Shown: one piece after another, positions 23,563 to 35,283 of the stretch
Numbering within the stretch: position 1 is the stretch's first letter
How the letters are laid out: the number at the start of each line of letters is the position of its first letter
Source: Lytechinus pictus
Taxonomy: Eukaryota
Length of the DNA stretch: 57,652 nucleotides
NCBI RefSeq assembly: GCF_037042905.1
Contig: NC_087250.1
Span: 28,460,001 to 28,517,652, forward strand
Reading direction: 5' to 3'
Notes under the pieces: generated by a model
What the model saw: only the letters and a program-made list of their open reading frames with translations
What the model was told of the DNA's origin: nothing
The model's database searches: none
Made by a program: the position numbers and the translations under genes

Positions 23563-26368
23563 TTAGAGATAAAGATAAAAATAAATAAATAGAAAAAAAA
23601 TAAAACTAAAATAATCCCCGTAAAAAGGCCCTTTTTCAAAATGAAATGTGCCCTTCTACAAAATAAAATACCCTTTTCAAAGTAAAACATAATACGTTTT
23701 AGGTTAAAACAAAATCACATATTGTTTGGCTCGCGTTTTGCCCTCGCAACATTGTTTTGTATTTTATTTCATTTTGTATATAATTTGTATAATGAAAATA
23801 TTTGTTATATGTATATGAAGTTATGAAAATAAAAAGTAAAACATTGAAAGAGAGAAAAAAAGCTTAGAATGTCCAGTTTTCAGGTTGAAATGTCACAAAT
23901 TTTCAGCTCGCGCGCCGCACTCGCATTATTTGATTGGTGAAATATGTATCCTATTCATGAGTCACTAAATGTAGTTTACAGATTCCTTTTCTGGTCATCA
24001 TATCCAGAATTTCGGCTTGCATTTTGCGCTCGTGTTAATTCCTTAGCAAGATACACATATGTTTCATGATAACAAAACCTGCTCGGAACGTTTAATTTTT
24101 ATGTCTTTTTTTTCATGTCTTATTGCATGAAATGTCCTAAGATTGGGAGCTCACGATTCGCGCTCGTAACATCTTGTGAGGATGCACTTTAACAGAATTT
24201 GGCGCTATAATTGACCAAAAGGCGAGTTTTACAAGTTTAGAGTTGAAAATACGCTCTCTTGCAGAAACAAATAAAACGTAAATATTTATCTTATCAATAA
24301 AAAATAACTTCAAAAATGCTAAGGTTTGCTCAACACAATTAATACAAAACACACAAATACTTCACGCAGATGATAATCTCATGGTGAAAATATCTGTTTG
24401 CACCAAAATGCCCATTTTGACATATATATATATTTTTTTTGCTTTGTCCCCCCCTAACGAAAATACGTTCCGCCGCCTTTGGTCTGCTATTACATTGGTC
24501 TCATTGCGTTTTGGTTAAAGATTTACTAAGAGTCAGGTCGAATATAATACGTATTTTCACCAATTCATAGTTTAATTGCCAAGCTGTCGCCCCCCCCCCC
24601 CCCACCCTCTTACTTATTCAGTTTACTTGCCAATTTGTTCATGACTGGTTTTTCATGTATAAAAATAAGCCTATATTTCTAGAAATCATTTTTGAAATTG
24701 AGTATAAATTATCATAAAAACTATGCTAGCTTTAATTTCACCGAACAAACAAAAAGCCGCATAAGCGATGAGCAAAATAAAGTGAGTGCGAAGCGCGAGC
24801 TGAATATTGCAATTATTCAATGTATTAGACCTGAAATTGAACATTCTAAAAAAAAGTTTCCTAAATGAAAATTATTTTAAGACTTCAGATTATATGAGAC
24901 AAAAATGACAGTTGGCAAATAGACTTAAGACCAAGTGAAAATGTTCCGCTTTTATTTCCATTGCTTTTGTGCTGCTGATATTGAACTCTTGTGATATAAG
25001 AAAGTTTGAGCGAACAAAACTACTTAGTCAAGAGAAGCATGACAATAAATCAATATCTTGGATTTTCCTGCGTAATTGTGATAAAGAAAAACAAAATGTC
25101 ATGTAATACATGTAAAATAGTGATCCCTATCGATAAAAGCTAGCAAATGTTTTATCTTGATTTTTTTTTTCAATAATTCAATCTGCCCTTTTCCCCAATA
25201 CTGAAGGAGGTATTTTTCGACTGTTACCCAACACTTCCATGGCAATGATGATGCATTTGTCAGAACGATTGATTGCTTTAGTCATTGTATTGTTTCCTTA
25301 CATATATCGACGATTATAATTAAACTGGCAACATTCATTAAAAAAAACATTGAAAACTAAAGAAAGAGAAGGAAAGGAAGAAAAAAAAGAAGACAGAAAT
25401 GTTGGTTTGCACTTTTCTTCTTAATTCTGTTGACTCCTGAATTCTGTTTGTGCAGGGATCATCAAGTTCCAGTAGACAATTATTAGAGTGCATTGTATGC
25501 AAAGCTGACTTCCGTAAAATGCTTACCAATTGTGTTTTCATATTTTCATGTTTGTAACGTGTCTACTAAGGAGCACAGATACGAGATTACGTCAAAAATA
25601 CCTGTCTTACGCTAATCATATACTGTCTTTATCACCTCTACCTTCATCGGTTTATTCTGGTTTTATAGCCTTGCTCTCAAATATTTGCTAGTTTTTATTG
25701 ATAACGGACATTGTGTTATCGTGTCATTTGTGAGTTGATTGTATTGTCTGTTTGTTTGTTAAAACCCCTGTCTTCCCTTAATTACTGTAAATCATTGCAG
25801 AGCAGTGGTAACACCAGCTGTGACGTCATCACTAAGCCCCGCCCCTCCCTTGATCCCTCGCTGGTCTGAAGAGGTTAATGATGATGAGGAAGATCACGAA
25901 TCTGATTCTATGGATCTGTATGCTAACTTTGGGGGCGTCTACATCGGCCCACCGGATAAACAAGAAGACCCACTTACTGATCCACTGACCTCTGACATCA
26001 CTTCCGCTGGAAACACAAATTCATTGGATACAATGTGCACTGATGGAATTGCGGAGATTCATCGTCCATTTGATGACGTCATGGGATATAACGATTCCAT
26101 GGATATCGGTTTGATCGATACTCATATTCCTAAACATTCAGCTGATGTTTTCGATAAATTATCACCTGTTCAAAGTGTGAACGAAAAATTCTCTTCGTCT
26201 GGTAGTGTGAACGATACGTTTGGTATGAACGCTCTTCTTTCGTCAAATAGTGGTATGAACGATACTTTTAGTGGTTTGAATAAAAAGACATCGTCAAATT
26301 GCAGTGTTTCTAATGGTGGGAATGCACCTTCTGTTCAAAACTATCAATATTCTCATTTATTAGATTAA
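5832..26368 (+). CDS. GABBR2: GABA-B receptor subunit 2 (class C GPCR): 18 coding exons, 2841 nt = 946 aa + stop; 5' exon outside the window
   Basis: All exons have AG/GT boundaries and join in frame. Venus-flytrap motifs ([26 protein letters not shown]) and 7TM motifs ([52 protein letters not shown]) match GABA-B2. Confidence 0.93.
6020..6270. repeat. Low-complexity (AGT)n/(GGA)n/(GAA)n purine-rich tract
   Basis: Trinucleotide runs seen directly. Confidence 0.85.
6487..6657 (+). CDS. GABBR2: GABBR2 exon ([11 protein letters not shown]...PRFSY)
   Basis: cag|TTA...TAT|gtaagt; 171 bp. Confidence 0.93.
7318..7419 (+). CDS. GABBR2: GABBR2 exon ([34 protein letters not shown])
   Basis: cag|GCC...AAG|gtaagg; 102 bp; not in the ORF track. 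Confidence 0.9.
7730..9625 (-). mobile_element. Full-length Tc1 DNA transposon in a GABBR2 intron
   Basis: TA TSD; TIRs begin CACTACTCAAAAAAAGTTAAGGACCACTTTTT and extend imperfectly ~195 bp. Confidence 0.95.
7988..9016 (-). pseudogene. Tc1 DD34E transposase, 342 aa, with one nonsense codon at 8213-8215
   Basis: HTH/GRP region; FTDES...MDDNARAH...[15 protein letters not shown]...GGHTRY*; 34 residues between D and E. Confidence 0.95.
9675..9905. mobile_element. Degenerate MITE, same family as 20202-20450
   Basis: Shared ATTGGGTAA..CATGAGGGTAATT..TCCAAC and inverted GTTGGACAC..CCTCATGG arms. Confidence 0.5.
10025..10090 (+). CDS. GABBR2: GABBR2 exon ([22 protein letters not shown])
   Basis: tag|GAG...CAG|gtgagt; 66 bp. 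Confidence 0.9.
10319..10478. mobile_element. 160-bp palindromic MITE (PIF/Harbinger-like), copy 1
   Basis: ~55-bp TIRs TACCTTGGTCACATT..CTACGGCGGCCGTACGGCGAGTCGAAAACAGCCGTT; TTA on both flanks. Confidence 0.8.
10596..11135. mobile_element. Possible piggyBac-like MITE
   Basis: TTAA-CCCT...AGGG-TTAA ends; inverted match otherwise short. Confidence 0.35.
11266..13580 (-). mobile_element. 5'-truncated CR1-clade LINE (end of endonuclease plus RT), frameshifted, (GAA)n tail
   Basis: ORFs 13261-13560, 12828-13163 and 11407-12831: [38 protein letters not shown] near 13570; (TCT)n at 11266-11286. Confidence 0.92.
13748..13907. mobile_element. 160-bp palindromic MITE, copy 2
   Basis: Highly similar to 10319-10478. 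Confidence 0.8.
13961..14149 (+). CDS. GABBR2: GABBR2 exon ([15 protein letters not shown]...TISGR)
   Basis: cag|GTT...AGG|gtacgt; 189 bp. Confidence 0.92.
14190..14478. mobile_element. MITE with ~90-bp inverted arms, each arm itself palindromic
   Basis: GGACCTGGCCACGGAGAATTAT..AATCCTCCGAGGCCAGGTCC, mirrored at 14391-14478. Confidence 0.55.
14566..14799 (+). CDS. GABBR2: GABBR2 exon (TPAEYE...HGYAYDGIW...NFPGVT)
   Basis: cag|ACA...ACG|gtgagg; 234 bp. Confidence 0.93.
14925..15325. mobile_element. Kolobok-like MITE
   Basis: TAAAGGGGGTTTCAC...CTGGAGAACCCCTTTAA inverted ends. Confidence 0.45.
15498..15558 (+). CDS. GABBR2: GABBR2 exon ([20 protein letters not shown])
   Basis: cag|GGA...CAAG|gtttgt; 61 bp. 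Confidence 0.9.
16181..16270 (+). CDS. GABBR2: GABBR2 exon ([19 protein letters not shown]...FKWE)
   Basis: tag|AT...GAAG|gtaatc; 90 bp. Confidence 0.88.
16585..16735 (+). CDS. GABBR2: GABBR2 exon encoding TM1
   Basis: aag|GT...CAGAG|gtattt; 151 bp. Confidence 0.9.
17403..17535 (+). CDS. GABBR2: GABBR2 exon encoding TM2 ([11 protein letters not shown]...)
   Basis: cag|G...ACG|gtaatt; 133 bp. Confidence 0.93.
17945..18052 (+). CDS. GABBR2: GABBR2 exon encoding TM3 ([11 protein letters not shown])
   Basis: cag|GCC...AAG|gtaagt; 108 bp. Confidence 0.93.
18194..18316 (+). CDS. GABBR2: GABBR2 exon encoding TM4 (VIRDNQL...WQVVDP)
   Basis: cag|GTA...AGG|gtagga; 123 bp. Confidence 0.92.
18615..18860 (+). 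mobile_element. Degenerate tRNA-derived SINE
   Basis: tRNA-like head with B box GAGTTCGAATCC near 18655-18666. Confidence 0.35.
18998..19108 (+). CDS. GABBR2: GABBR2 exon encoding ECL2/TM5 (QDPNGRD...YKGVLM)
   Basis: cag|CAA...ATG|gtaact; 111 bp. Confidence 0.92.
19647..19871 (+). CDS. GABBR2: GABBR2 exon encoding TM5-TM7
   Basis: cag|ATT...AAG|gtaaga; 225 bp. Confidence 0.94.
20202..20450. mobile_element. MITE with ACACTCTAAAA-type end
   Basis: Inverted arms AAAATATTGGGT / CCCAATATTTT; a relative lies at 9675-9905. Confidence 0.5.
20974..21138 (+). CDS. GABBR2: GABBR2 C-tail exon with the start of the coiled coil (VVELRINP...[18 protein letters not shown])
   Basis: cag|GTT...GAT|gtaagt; 165 bp. 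Confidence 0.88.
21682..21808 (+). CDS. GABBR2: GABBR2 C-tail exon ([12 protein letters not shown]...SARSR)
   Basis: cag|CAA...AGAG|gtattt; 127 bp; continues the heptad pattern. Confidence 0.8.
21845..22330. repeat. Degenerate (ATTG/TCAA)n and (TTTA)n microsatellites
   Basis: Seen directly. Confidence 0.75.
22609..22687 (+). CDS. GABBR2: GABBR2 C-tail exon ([12 protein letters not shown]...HTK)
   Basis: cag|CT...GA|gtaggt; 79 bp; phases fit both neighbouring exons. Confidence 0.7.
23463..24482. mobile_element. Non-autonomous hAT-like element
   Basis: GCAGGGGCGGCGGAACG / CGTTCCGCCGCCTTTGG; 8-bp flanks TTTGCTAT and TCTGCTAT. Confidence 0.65.
25801..26368 (+). CDS. GABBR2: GABBR2 terminal coding exon (acidic, Ser-rich tail)
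   Basis: tgcag|A GCA GTG is in frame with the preceding phase-2 donor; stop TAA at 26366-26368. Confidence 0.75.
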
Positions 26369-28646
26369 ACATGTGCTCCTTTTTCGTAATCGGTTTGTGA
26401 AACATCACTTCTTGCGCCATATTCATATTACCGCGTGTTATTGGTATTATTTGGATGAAATTTACAAACATACATCTGTGCACTGAACAATTCATATGAT
26501 AATCATTTTTCGAGAAAATGACCATCATAACCATCCAAACTATCAATCTATGGGATCCGGTCTGATTGAAGAGTTGCGGTCATTAAGAGATGAATTAATG
26601 GTCAGCAAGGGATAGTCAAGAAATTGTCAACAAATATGACATAGTTTGGAAAAGTTATTCGGCAAGAACATTGTAGATCATGGCATACCCGGAATATATA
26701 CATGCATAAAAAAATACTTTGTGAAATATTAGCTTCCCGACAATACATGTAATAATACAGGTAAGTTATGCAAAGTAGGAATAAAATCCGATATTTGTTG
26801 TCAAAACTCGCAATGTTTTTCTTATGATGTCAAGATTTACAAGTGAGCAGAATTACTAGACATACTAGAACTACTGAAATTTACGAGAACATTTTCCTCA
26901 TAGAGTTCAGTGCTATTTTAATGTATTACGAAGCGATTTCAAATAAAGCTTCCGGCATGTCCGGGGCGATGCAATATTGATTATCCGCATAAACCAAAAA
27001 AAAAAACATCCTAAACGAGGATTTTTTTAAAATGCGTGAACCTATTTCCTAATAGACAAAGAAGCCAACTAAAATTTCACTGCTTATGAAGTTAATCATG
27101 GATTTCATCGTTCATGATTTGGATTATCATCTAGAAATATTGTGCTCTTTCACCATACTTTCCTTTGTTTACCTTAATTTGATAACCCTTTAGAACTTTT
27201 CGTGTTTTGCTTCATGCTATGCGAATAAACTCAAACTCGAAAGTAATTATTAGTTTTCAAGAAGTGTATCGCAATACACAAAGTTATGTTGCACATTGCT
27301 AGACGTATATTTACGTATGTTTTTCCGACCCAATCAAATTTTTCAATATTTTAAAGTAATTTCCCGATCAAATTGGGGGTATTCCCAGAGAGTATAAAGT
27401 ATGAATACTGATTAAATGTTAAACGGGGACTCCATGCTGAACATAGTTATATCTAAATTACAATAGCAAAACTCATTGAACAAAACGCTTCGTTATAAAT
27501 CAATGAAATTATTACATTTTGAACTTTAGCAATGGTTTGAAAAAAGGGGGAGTCTGAACACCGTAATGAATACGCAATAAGTTGGCTGATGATATTATGT
27601 CCCCAGTTTTCTTGTTCTTATGTTATTACATGAAATTATAATTTTATCATTTTTCTACATGTCTGCATGGTGAGTGTCCATAATGATTTGCATCATTGAT
27701 TATCTTACACGTTTAATAGGTCAATCATTTCTTTTTATTTTTGGAATACAAAATCGGAGTAAATATAATTTCAGATAATAAATACACATAAATAAGTGGG
27801 GATGTGATATCAGCATGCTCACTACATTTTCATAAAGACATGCATATCGATGTTTCACCGAAATAATATCACGCCTAAAAATGCCATAGCCCTGTGATTC
27901 AATGTCCTATTTTGATGAAATTATCGGTGTTCTGTTTGTCAGGTTTTAGTTTTATTTTCAGCCTGGAGTACTCATGCAACTTTTGAAGAAATACCCCCAA
28001 CTATTATTTTGCTATTCAAACAACCATTTTATATAAATATTGTGTGTCTGATCGTTATTTAGTCTTATCGTTATTCGTCAAGTCACTAAGATCGATTTGT
28101 TATTTGGGACTGATTTTGCCATTATTAAATGATGAAAACTAGCTTAGCAAGATAAGTTTTCCAATGGGTGTCCGCGATTAAAATCCTGTTAGCTTAAGAT
28201 GACGTTTTTACTCATTTCAAATGATGCCGGTCGTGGAACAATCACAAACAGATACCGTTGAACCAAAATACATTTTGGGGGAGAACCAGAAATGCTTACA
28301 AGATGGGGTACACAAGCTCATGATTTTACAAGCAAAAGAGACTTATTTTTCCCCAAAGGTGGAGGGACACTTTTCCATTGTTGGAAGGTACAATAACATA
28401 ATTTATACCTGTTGGGATGTAGTTTTCCTGAATGCAATTATAAACATCTGAATCTAAAATTTTATATTCAATGTATTCAGCGTAAACAAAATGCATGTGT
28501 GCTGAAACATATATTATAACAGACTAAGAATTATTTGACCTACATTGTTGTGGTGTACATGTACTGTATATAATAAGGTAATAAATATATTATTCAGACT
28601 GTCATGATGTTAAGATTATATATATTGTCTATATCTTATTGATGAT

Positions 28647-28652
28647 AATAAA
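28647..28652 (+). terminator. Candidate polyadenylation signal for GABBR2
   Basis: AATAAA followed by a T-rich tract; one of several candidates. Confidence 0.25.
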
Positions 28653-30532
28653 CTGTCTTTAAAGCTACAAAATATTTTAATGTTTTCATTATTTTTTTCC
28701 TTTATATTTCACTTGGTCTGTTTGACGGCTTACCAGCGCACGTGTCTTTGATCATAATATCACAAATACGTGTTTACATCTTTCAGAGTACACTAGTAAT
28801 GCCATTTTATGGAATTCTACCTATATATTTCCTTTTTGGTTTCCAGAATCCACAAGGTCTACACTACTTACTAATATGTTATAAGTATATCTAATCAGCA
28901 GTTCTCATTTGATTTAGTCTAGCGTGATTTTCATATACCATCCGTGCTCTCTACCGAACGTGAGTGCTTGTTGCAGCCAGTAATAGGGATTTTTTTCTCT
29001 CAAACACTTCATAGACACTTAAAGGAACGCTTATAATTTGGCTGTAAAAATGTTACACGCTAATAAAACGTGTGGATGTTAAAAGAATCACCGGCTAAAT
29101 ATTCGTGTTAACTTCGCGGCTTCTCCGAGACATTTGTAAAACGTTAGCGATCTGAGTTTGCAACCATAACGTACACGCAGGTATAGTGCATACAATTTGT
29201 GAAATGTGATTTATGGATATGTTTTTACATTTTCCTCCGCACAAAAAGTTTCGTAACGCACCCCCCCCCCTTAAAAAAATGCATCGTACCAGCAGAGAAC
29301 AATTAAAACACTATTGATTCAGGGAAATCATGATGCTTACAGAATTTGAAGACGCCTATATTTTTAATCATTACTTATCAAATGATTATGGTAGGCCTCG
29401 TTGGCAGATATGAGACTCCTCTAAAGTCTGGACACGTGTCATTCAATCAAACCTTTATCGTGCATGTTTTGCAGCCTATCTTCTTTATTCACAATGCCTT
29501 TTATCTCAAACTGAATCACGGAAAATATCACGCATAGCTAATCTTTGGACGTGGCATCTCTGACATGTGCTAACAGGCAGAAGCAAACAATACATATCAA
29601 TTTTAATGTAGTTTAAAGTTCTTTCAGCAACGGAAAAACATGCCAAAGCAAGTGATACAAAAATTGTCAATATTTAATGTAGATTAAAGTTCTTTCAACA
29701 AAGATCGGCTAAAGGAATAAAAATAATCATATAGTATATTTGATGTAACTTAAATTTCGTTCAGCCAAGAGATGAATTGCAAAATGGAAGGAGCAACAAC
29801 TAAATATTCAAATAAATGAATCGTTTATTCATTCCGACTGACATTTCATCGAATTTATCTAAAATATGCAAACTAATAATACGATAATCAAACAAATAAA
29901 TGTGAATGCAAAATTTCATTTATGTACATGGAAGTCGTAGAAAAACAGAAAGCAGATGCTTGTGTAGGGCTACGCCTATAAAACGTATAACTATTAACAA
30001 TTAATATAGAAAAGGGCTAAGAGAAGGAAAGGGAATGGAAGAGAGGGGTAGAGACGCGAGCACGTAAAAAAGGAACGGGCATGTTTTACTTTGCATGATA
30101 CAAAATGTATTAACATGATTAAATAGTTTTACAGTAGGCAACTATGATACATAAAGTAGCAACTTCAAATATATAGTTATTGTATTATTATACATCTTTT
30201 ATAACATCATGTTAAGCAGGGCCCGCTGACAGAACAGCTTTCAGAACTGAAGTGGCTACTTTGGGTATAACATGACGTTATCATTGTTTATTTTTATTAT
30301 TATGTAATGTTGTATTTGATTTTGATTTATTTATTTACCAACAGCATTCCCATGTTTACAGATCACGAAACAAATTGCATAATAGTTCCACTTACATGTA
30401 AGAAGCATACAATGATAAAAGGGACTAGAAAATAGCACAAGTGCTAGTCGAGTCATCCCCACAATACTAAAATGCATACATGTATTCAAGAAGAAAAAAC
30501 ATTGTAAAGGGTTTTCGGTAACATACATCTTT

Positions 30533-30986
30533 TTAACGGACAAGTCCCCAACAAAAACTTGATTCGAATAAAAACTCACTCACTATTTCTTTTGTACTTT
30601 ATTATGTGAAATATGAAATTTTCAAATTCTATCCCTGTTGTAATTGAAACAACGATCAATTCCTCCCTAAACATGTGCAATTAGCATTGTTTAATGCCAA
30701 AATGGTTCAATCAAGTTGGTCCTTATTGTCAAATCTGTAAAAATGAAATAGTGTATAATTCAGACAATAAAAAGCAAAAGAAATAGTGAGTGAGGGAACA
30801 TCATGGACTGTCTCATTTGCATGTCACTGAGTTGTGCATATCAATGTTTTGTTATAAATATGCGAAACTTTAAAATGTCATAACTTTCTTATTTTACATC
30901 CGATTTTGACTAATTTTTCAGCACAACGCTTGCTTGATTTTTCTCTATTTAAATCACCATTTTTCTGGGATGGACTTGACCTTTAA
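30533..30986. mobile_element. TTAA-flanked Kolobok-like MITE
   Basis: TTAA-CGGACAAGTCC...GGACTTGACC-TTTAA; relatives at 314 and ~38528. Confidence 0.65.
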
Positions 30987-31330
30987 GTTTCATCGATTCG
31001 GTAATTAAATACTGTAAAGTACATGTAGCGGTGTGAATTTATGATAACAATTTTTTTTTGATAATTCCTAAACCCCTTTTTTTAGTTTGAATTCAACAGG
31101 TACTTTATTCCAGAAGAACCCGAAAAAGACATCAAAACTTGACCCTGTTCTTAGTCTGGGAAAAACTACTAAACTGTATTTATATAGAAATGTCATTATA
31201 GAAATACTCGTTGCACTGTAGGCTTGGTACCGAAATTCTACTAAGGGGGTTTGGTAAAGATCTGTTAATTTAGAAGAAAGAGCTTGAGGAAAAGGCCAAA
31301 CACGCTTTAAGTGAATGGAGTTTTTAAACC

Positions 31331-31915
31331 TTAAAGGAGAATGAAACTCTTGGAGCAAGTTAGCTTTTGTGAAAGCAGAAAAATCAAAGAATAAGATCAA
31401 CAAAAGTAAAATAGGACTAGCAATAAAAGAGTTATGAGCATTTGAATGTCAAGATCACTAATGCTATGGAGATCCTCCAATTGGCAATGCGACCAGGATA
31501 TATGATGTCACAGATGAACAACTCTCCCCTTTTGGACACTGAAAATATACCCCAAACATTTCTTTTTGCTCATTCTAATCATATGACAAAAGATTCATCA
31601 ATGATATAATGTTGTGAAACCTCTGTACTTGTCCTTTCATAAAGAGAACACCTCACCTTGTGATAGACTCTATAAAAGTGAGAATATAAGTGAAAAAGGT
31701 ACTAAAGTAATGAGGGAGTTGTACGTGTGTGATATCACAGATCTTGGTCGCATTGCCAATGGGAGGATCTACATGGCATTAGTGATCTCAATATTCAAAT
31801 GCTCATAACTTTCTTATTATTCATTCAATCTTCCTCAAACTTTCAACAATATGTTTCTTCGATTTTTCTCTTTGATATGGATTCAGCTGGTTTCAAGGGT
31901 TTCATTCTCCTTTAA
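31331..31915. mobile_element. TTAA-flanked Kolobok-like MITE with long imperfect inverted arms
   Basis: TTAAAGGAGAATGAAAC / GTTTCATTCTCCTTTAA; internal arms 31420-31512 and 31728-31820 are reverse complements. Confidence 0.8.
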
Positions 31916-33125
31916 TTGTACATAAGTACCGCATTGTTCATTATCCTCTAGAAAACAGAATCATGATGGGAAAACCGCATTTACATTTATCATTAAAATA
32001 ATGAGTATGTACCGTAGAATGCATAATTTACTCTTATGAATATGTTTCGAGGAATAAGACATATATTCTGTACATAATTACCATCAAGTTCATTTTCATC
32101 TTTAAGAAAATCATGATGGAAAAACAAGAACAAATTTACACGTATCATTAACATAAGGTACAGGCCACTGTTAAGCAATTTCATTCAATTATTGCTTGAA
32201 TCGTCTGGAACACGTGATGGTAGATCACGTGGAGGCTCTGACTGCAAAGAATGTTGTTGGAACTGATGTGGCAATGATTGTAAAGGGGTATGGTGTGGAT
32301 ACTGCTGCTGGACATTGTGATGTTCTGTGTAGGGATGTCCATATGGGTGTGATACTCCAAAATAGGATTGCTCTCTTTGTTGCTCGTACGTGGGCTGACC
32401 TTGTCTTCTTGTTTGTGGAGGTAGCTGCTGTGAATTTTGTCGGGGCGACTAATTTGCCCGAGGGTGCTGAAAGATCGGCTGTTGACTTTGCTGTTGGTAG
32501 ATGTTAACTGACGACGGAAATGATGAATGAGCGGGTCTGGCATACAAAGGGTAACTACCGTCTGATCGGACTGGTGCCCCTGATCTTGTCCATTGGGTTT
32601 GTGAATACAAATGTGCAATTTCTTGATGTGGCTGGGTGGGCTGTGATGAGTGCATTATCAATCAGGGTACTAATGGATAATTCGTTTTTCATTCCCGATC
32701 ATCGCAGAGCAAAAACGGAAATCAACCTCATGGTTTGGTCTCTGAAAACACAAAAACGAAATCACAACGAGAAAAACCTGTTGTGATTTCGTTTTTGGAG
32801 ATCAAAAACAGAAGAATGAAATCAGAAATACTTTTGGGCTCTTTCTGATACCTCATTCTATACTTGTGTTTGTTATATATCAAAAACAAAATCAGAACAC
32901 GCTTTCTATCCCGTGATTCTGTTTGGAAAAACGCAGACAGCGAAAACGAAATCGGGTACTCGCTTTCCACTTCTTGCTCTCTGATTTTGTCTTTCGCACA
33001 GCCAACAGCCATATCGAAATACGTTATACACACGTGCACGCAGTACAGTGCATGCATGATACGACCACGTGCAACACAAATTCACGTTAACATGGCTTTT
33101 TCCAGCGTTTTCGGACCTTCACAGA

Positions 33126-34781
33126 CAGTGGCGTAGCTAGGATTTCCCCCCCCCCCCGGGGGGGGGGCAAGGGGAAATAAAAGAAAATGAAGGAGGCAGC
33201 GAAATGAGATGAATACAATATATAAAAAAATATATAAGACATGATATTTGCTATGATGTAAAAATCTATCACATAATTATAATTTTATTTCAAAATGCCA
33301 TTTTTCTTCTGGCTCGCTTCGCTCGCTGGCGACTTTTTTTAAAACAAATTTTCCCACATTTGCTATGGTGTGCCCCCTCAAAATATTTAGATGATTACGG
33401 TACACAACTGCATTGATTGATTGATTGATCGACTAAATTTCCAAAGCGACTATCACATAATTAGAATTTAATTTCAAAATCATTTTAAAAGACAGGGAAA
33501 TAAATTAAAGATGACAAAAAGGCAAACAAAAGCGAGTGAAGGTAGAATGGAATGAGGCAAAATCTAAATTGGAAAATAAAAAAAAAAGGGACAAGATATT
33601 ACTACCGGGCTGCTGAGGATTGAAGATAACGAGCGGGAAAAAAAGATGGATGGTAGCATAAATTGAAAGTCTATTATAAACTTGCTAAATATCCAAAGCT
33701 ACCGGGGGCTCTGTCCAAGAGTCAAGACCCCGTGCAGTGGAGGCTCTTAACCTGTAACTTTTAAAGGGCTCTATAACGGCCCCCTATATGGACCCTTCCT
33801 GCATTAACCTTTGCGTTGAAGCGCTGGCGTGCGGGGGGGGGGGTTGGTTCCACAGCCAAGGGGAAATAAAAGAATATGAAGGAGGCAGCGAAATGAGATG
33901 AATGAAATAAAAAAAATATAAGACATGATATTTGCTATGATGTAAAAATCTATCACACAATTGAATTTTATTTCAAAAGGCCATTTTTCTTCTGGCTCGC
34001 TTCGTTCGCTGGCGACTTTTTACAAATTTTCCCACATTTGCTATGGTAGGCCCCCTCAAAATATTTGGATGATTACTGTACACAACTGCAGCACTGAATT
34101 TATGTGTAGTGTGAAAGCTATATAAATATACACGCAATTTGATTAAAATTCAAGTGGCCATCTGTAAGGTTTAAAATGGCTTTAATATCAAGAGGTTCCG
34201 GGGCTCCACCCCAGACCCCACTCATAAAGAATTGTTGTATGAGTTTGGACCATGGCCCCCAGAAGTTCTACAACCAAACAAAAAAAAGAGGAAAGAAAGA
34301 AAAGCAAAGGAAAAGTGCTTGATATTTTTCTGAATATCACGTCAAAATCTATCTTCATGTTAGATTCTCATGAAAAGGTATTTTTTCTATCTCGCTCGCT
34401 TCGCTCGCTCCGGACTTATATTAAGCTACTTCTTGCCATAAGCGCCATACTGGGCACCCTCGAGCATATAGGGCTTCGCCCTGATGGGCACAATCATAAC
34501 AAAAATCCTTTTCACCGTGGCGTACAAAAGATATTATATTATCTTTTTAACACTATGTCAAAATCTATCACAAAATTGGATTTTTGCCATTAAAATGTCA
34601 AAATTTTGGCTCGATCGCTCCGCTCGCTCGCATATATATATTTTTGTCCGATACTCCATAATATCGCCCCCTCAAAATTTTTGCCTTATGACTCCATTGC
34701 CTGCTTTATGATGTGACCGGGAAATTCTTGGTTCTTGCCAACCCCCCCCCCCCCCAGCCACCGACCCCTGTTACGCCACTG
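33126..34781. mobile_element. Nested hAT-like segment with an internal ~235-bp direct repeat
   Basis: CAGTGGCGTA...TACGCCACTG ends; 33168-33410 repeats at 33857-34090; no matching TSD seen. Confidence 0.55.
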
Positions 34782-34789
34782 CATGCAAC

Positions 34790-35283
34790 GGGTCAAGCTA
34801 GTGTGTATCTGGTTGCCCGAGTCGAGTTCTAAAAGTTAGGATACGTGGTTACCCTGGCTAGGCCGTCGGGATATCCCTGGGAGCCCCTTGAAAAATTACT
34901 TTATTTTAATTTTAAAAATGCGATAAATAGCCCTTTATTCCCTTTAATTTTGTTAATTTGAGCCCCCTAAATGTGCATGCGCCGGGTCAAGTCAGTGTTT
35001 ATCTGGTTGCCTGAGTCGAGTTCTACAAGTTACGGGGTACGTGGTTACCCTGGCTAGGCCGTCGGGATATCCCTGAGGGCCCCTTGAAAACTTACTTTAT
35101 TTTAATTTTAAAAATGCGATAAATAGCCCATTATTCCCTTTAATTTTGTTAATTTGAGCCCTCTAAATGTGCATGCGCCGGGTCAAGCTAGTGTTTATCT
35201 GATTGCCGGAGTCGAGTTCTACAAGATAGGATACATGGTTGTCCTGGGTAGGCCGTCGGGATATCTCTGGGGGCCCCTTGAAA
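34790..35283. repeat. ~195-bp tandem repeat, 2.5 copies
   Basis: GGGTCAAG..CTGGTTGCC.GAGTCGAGTTCT.. at ~34790, ~34984 and ~35180. Confidence 0.9.
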
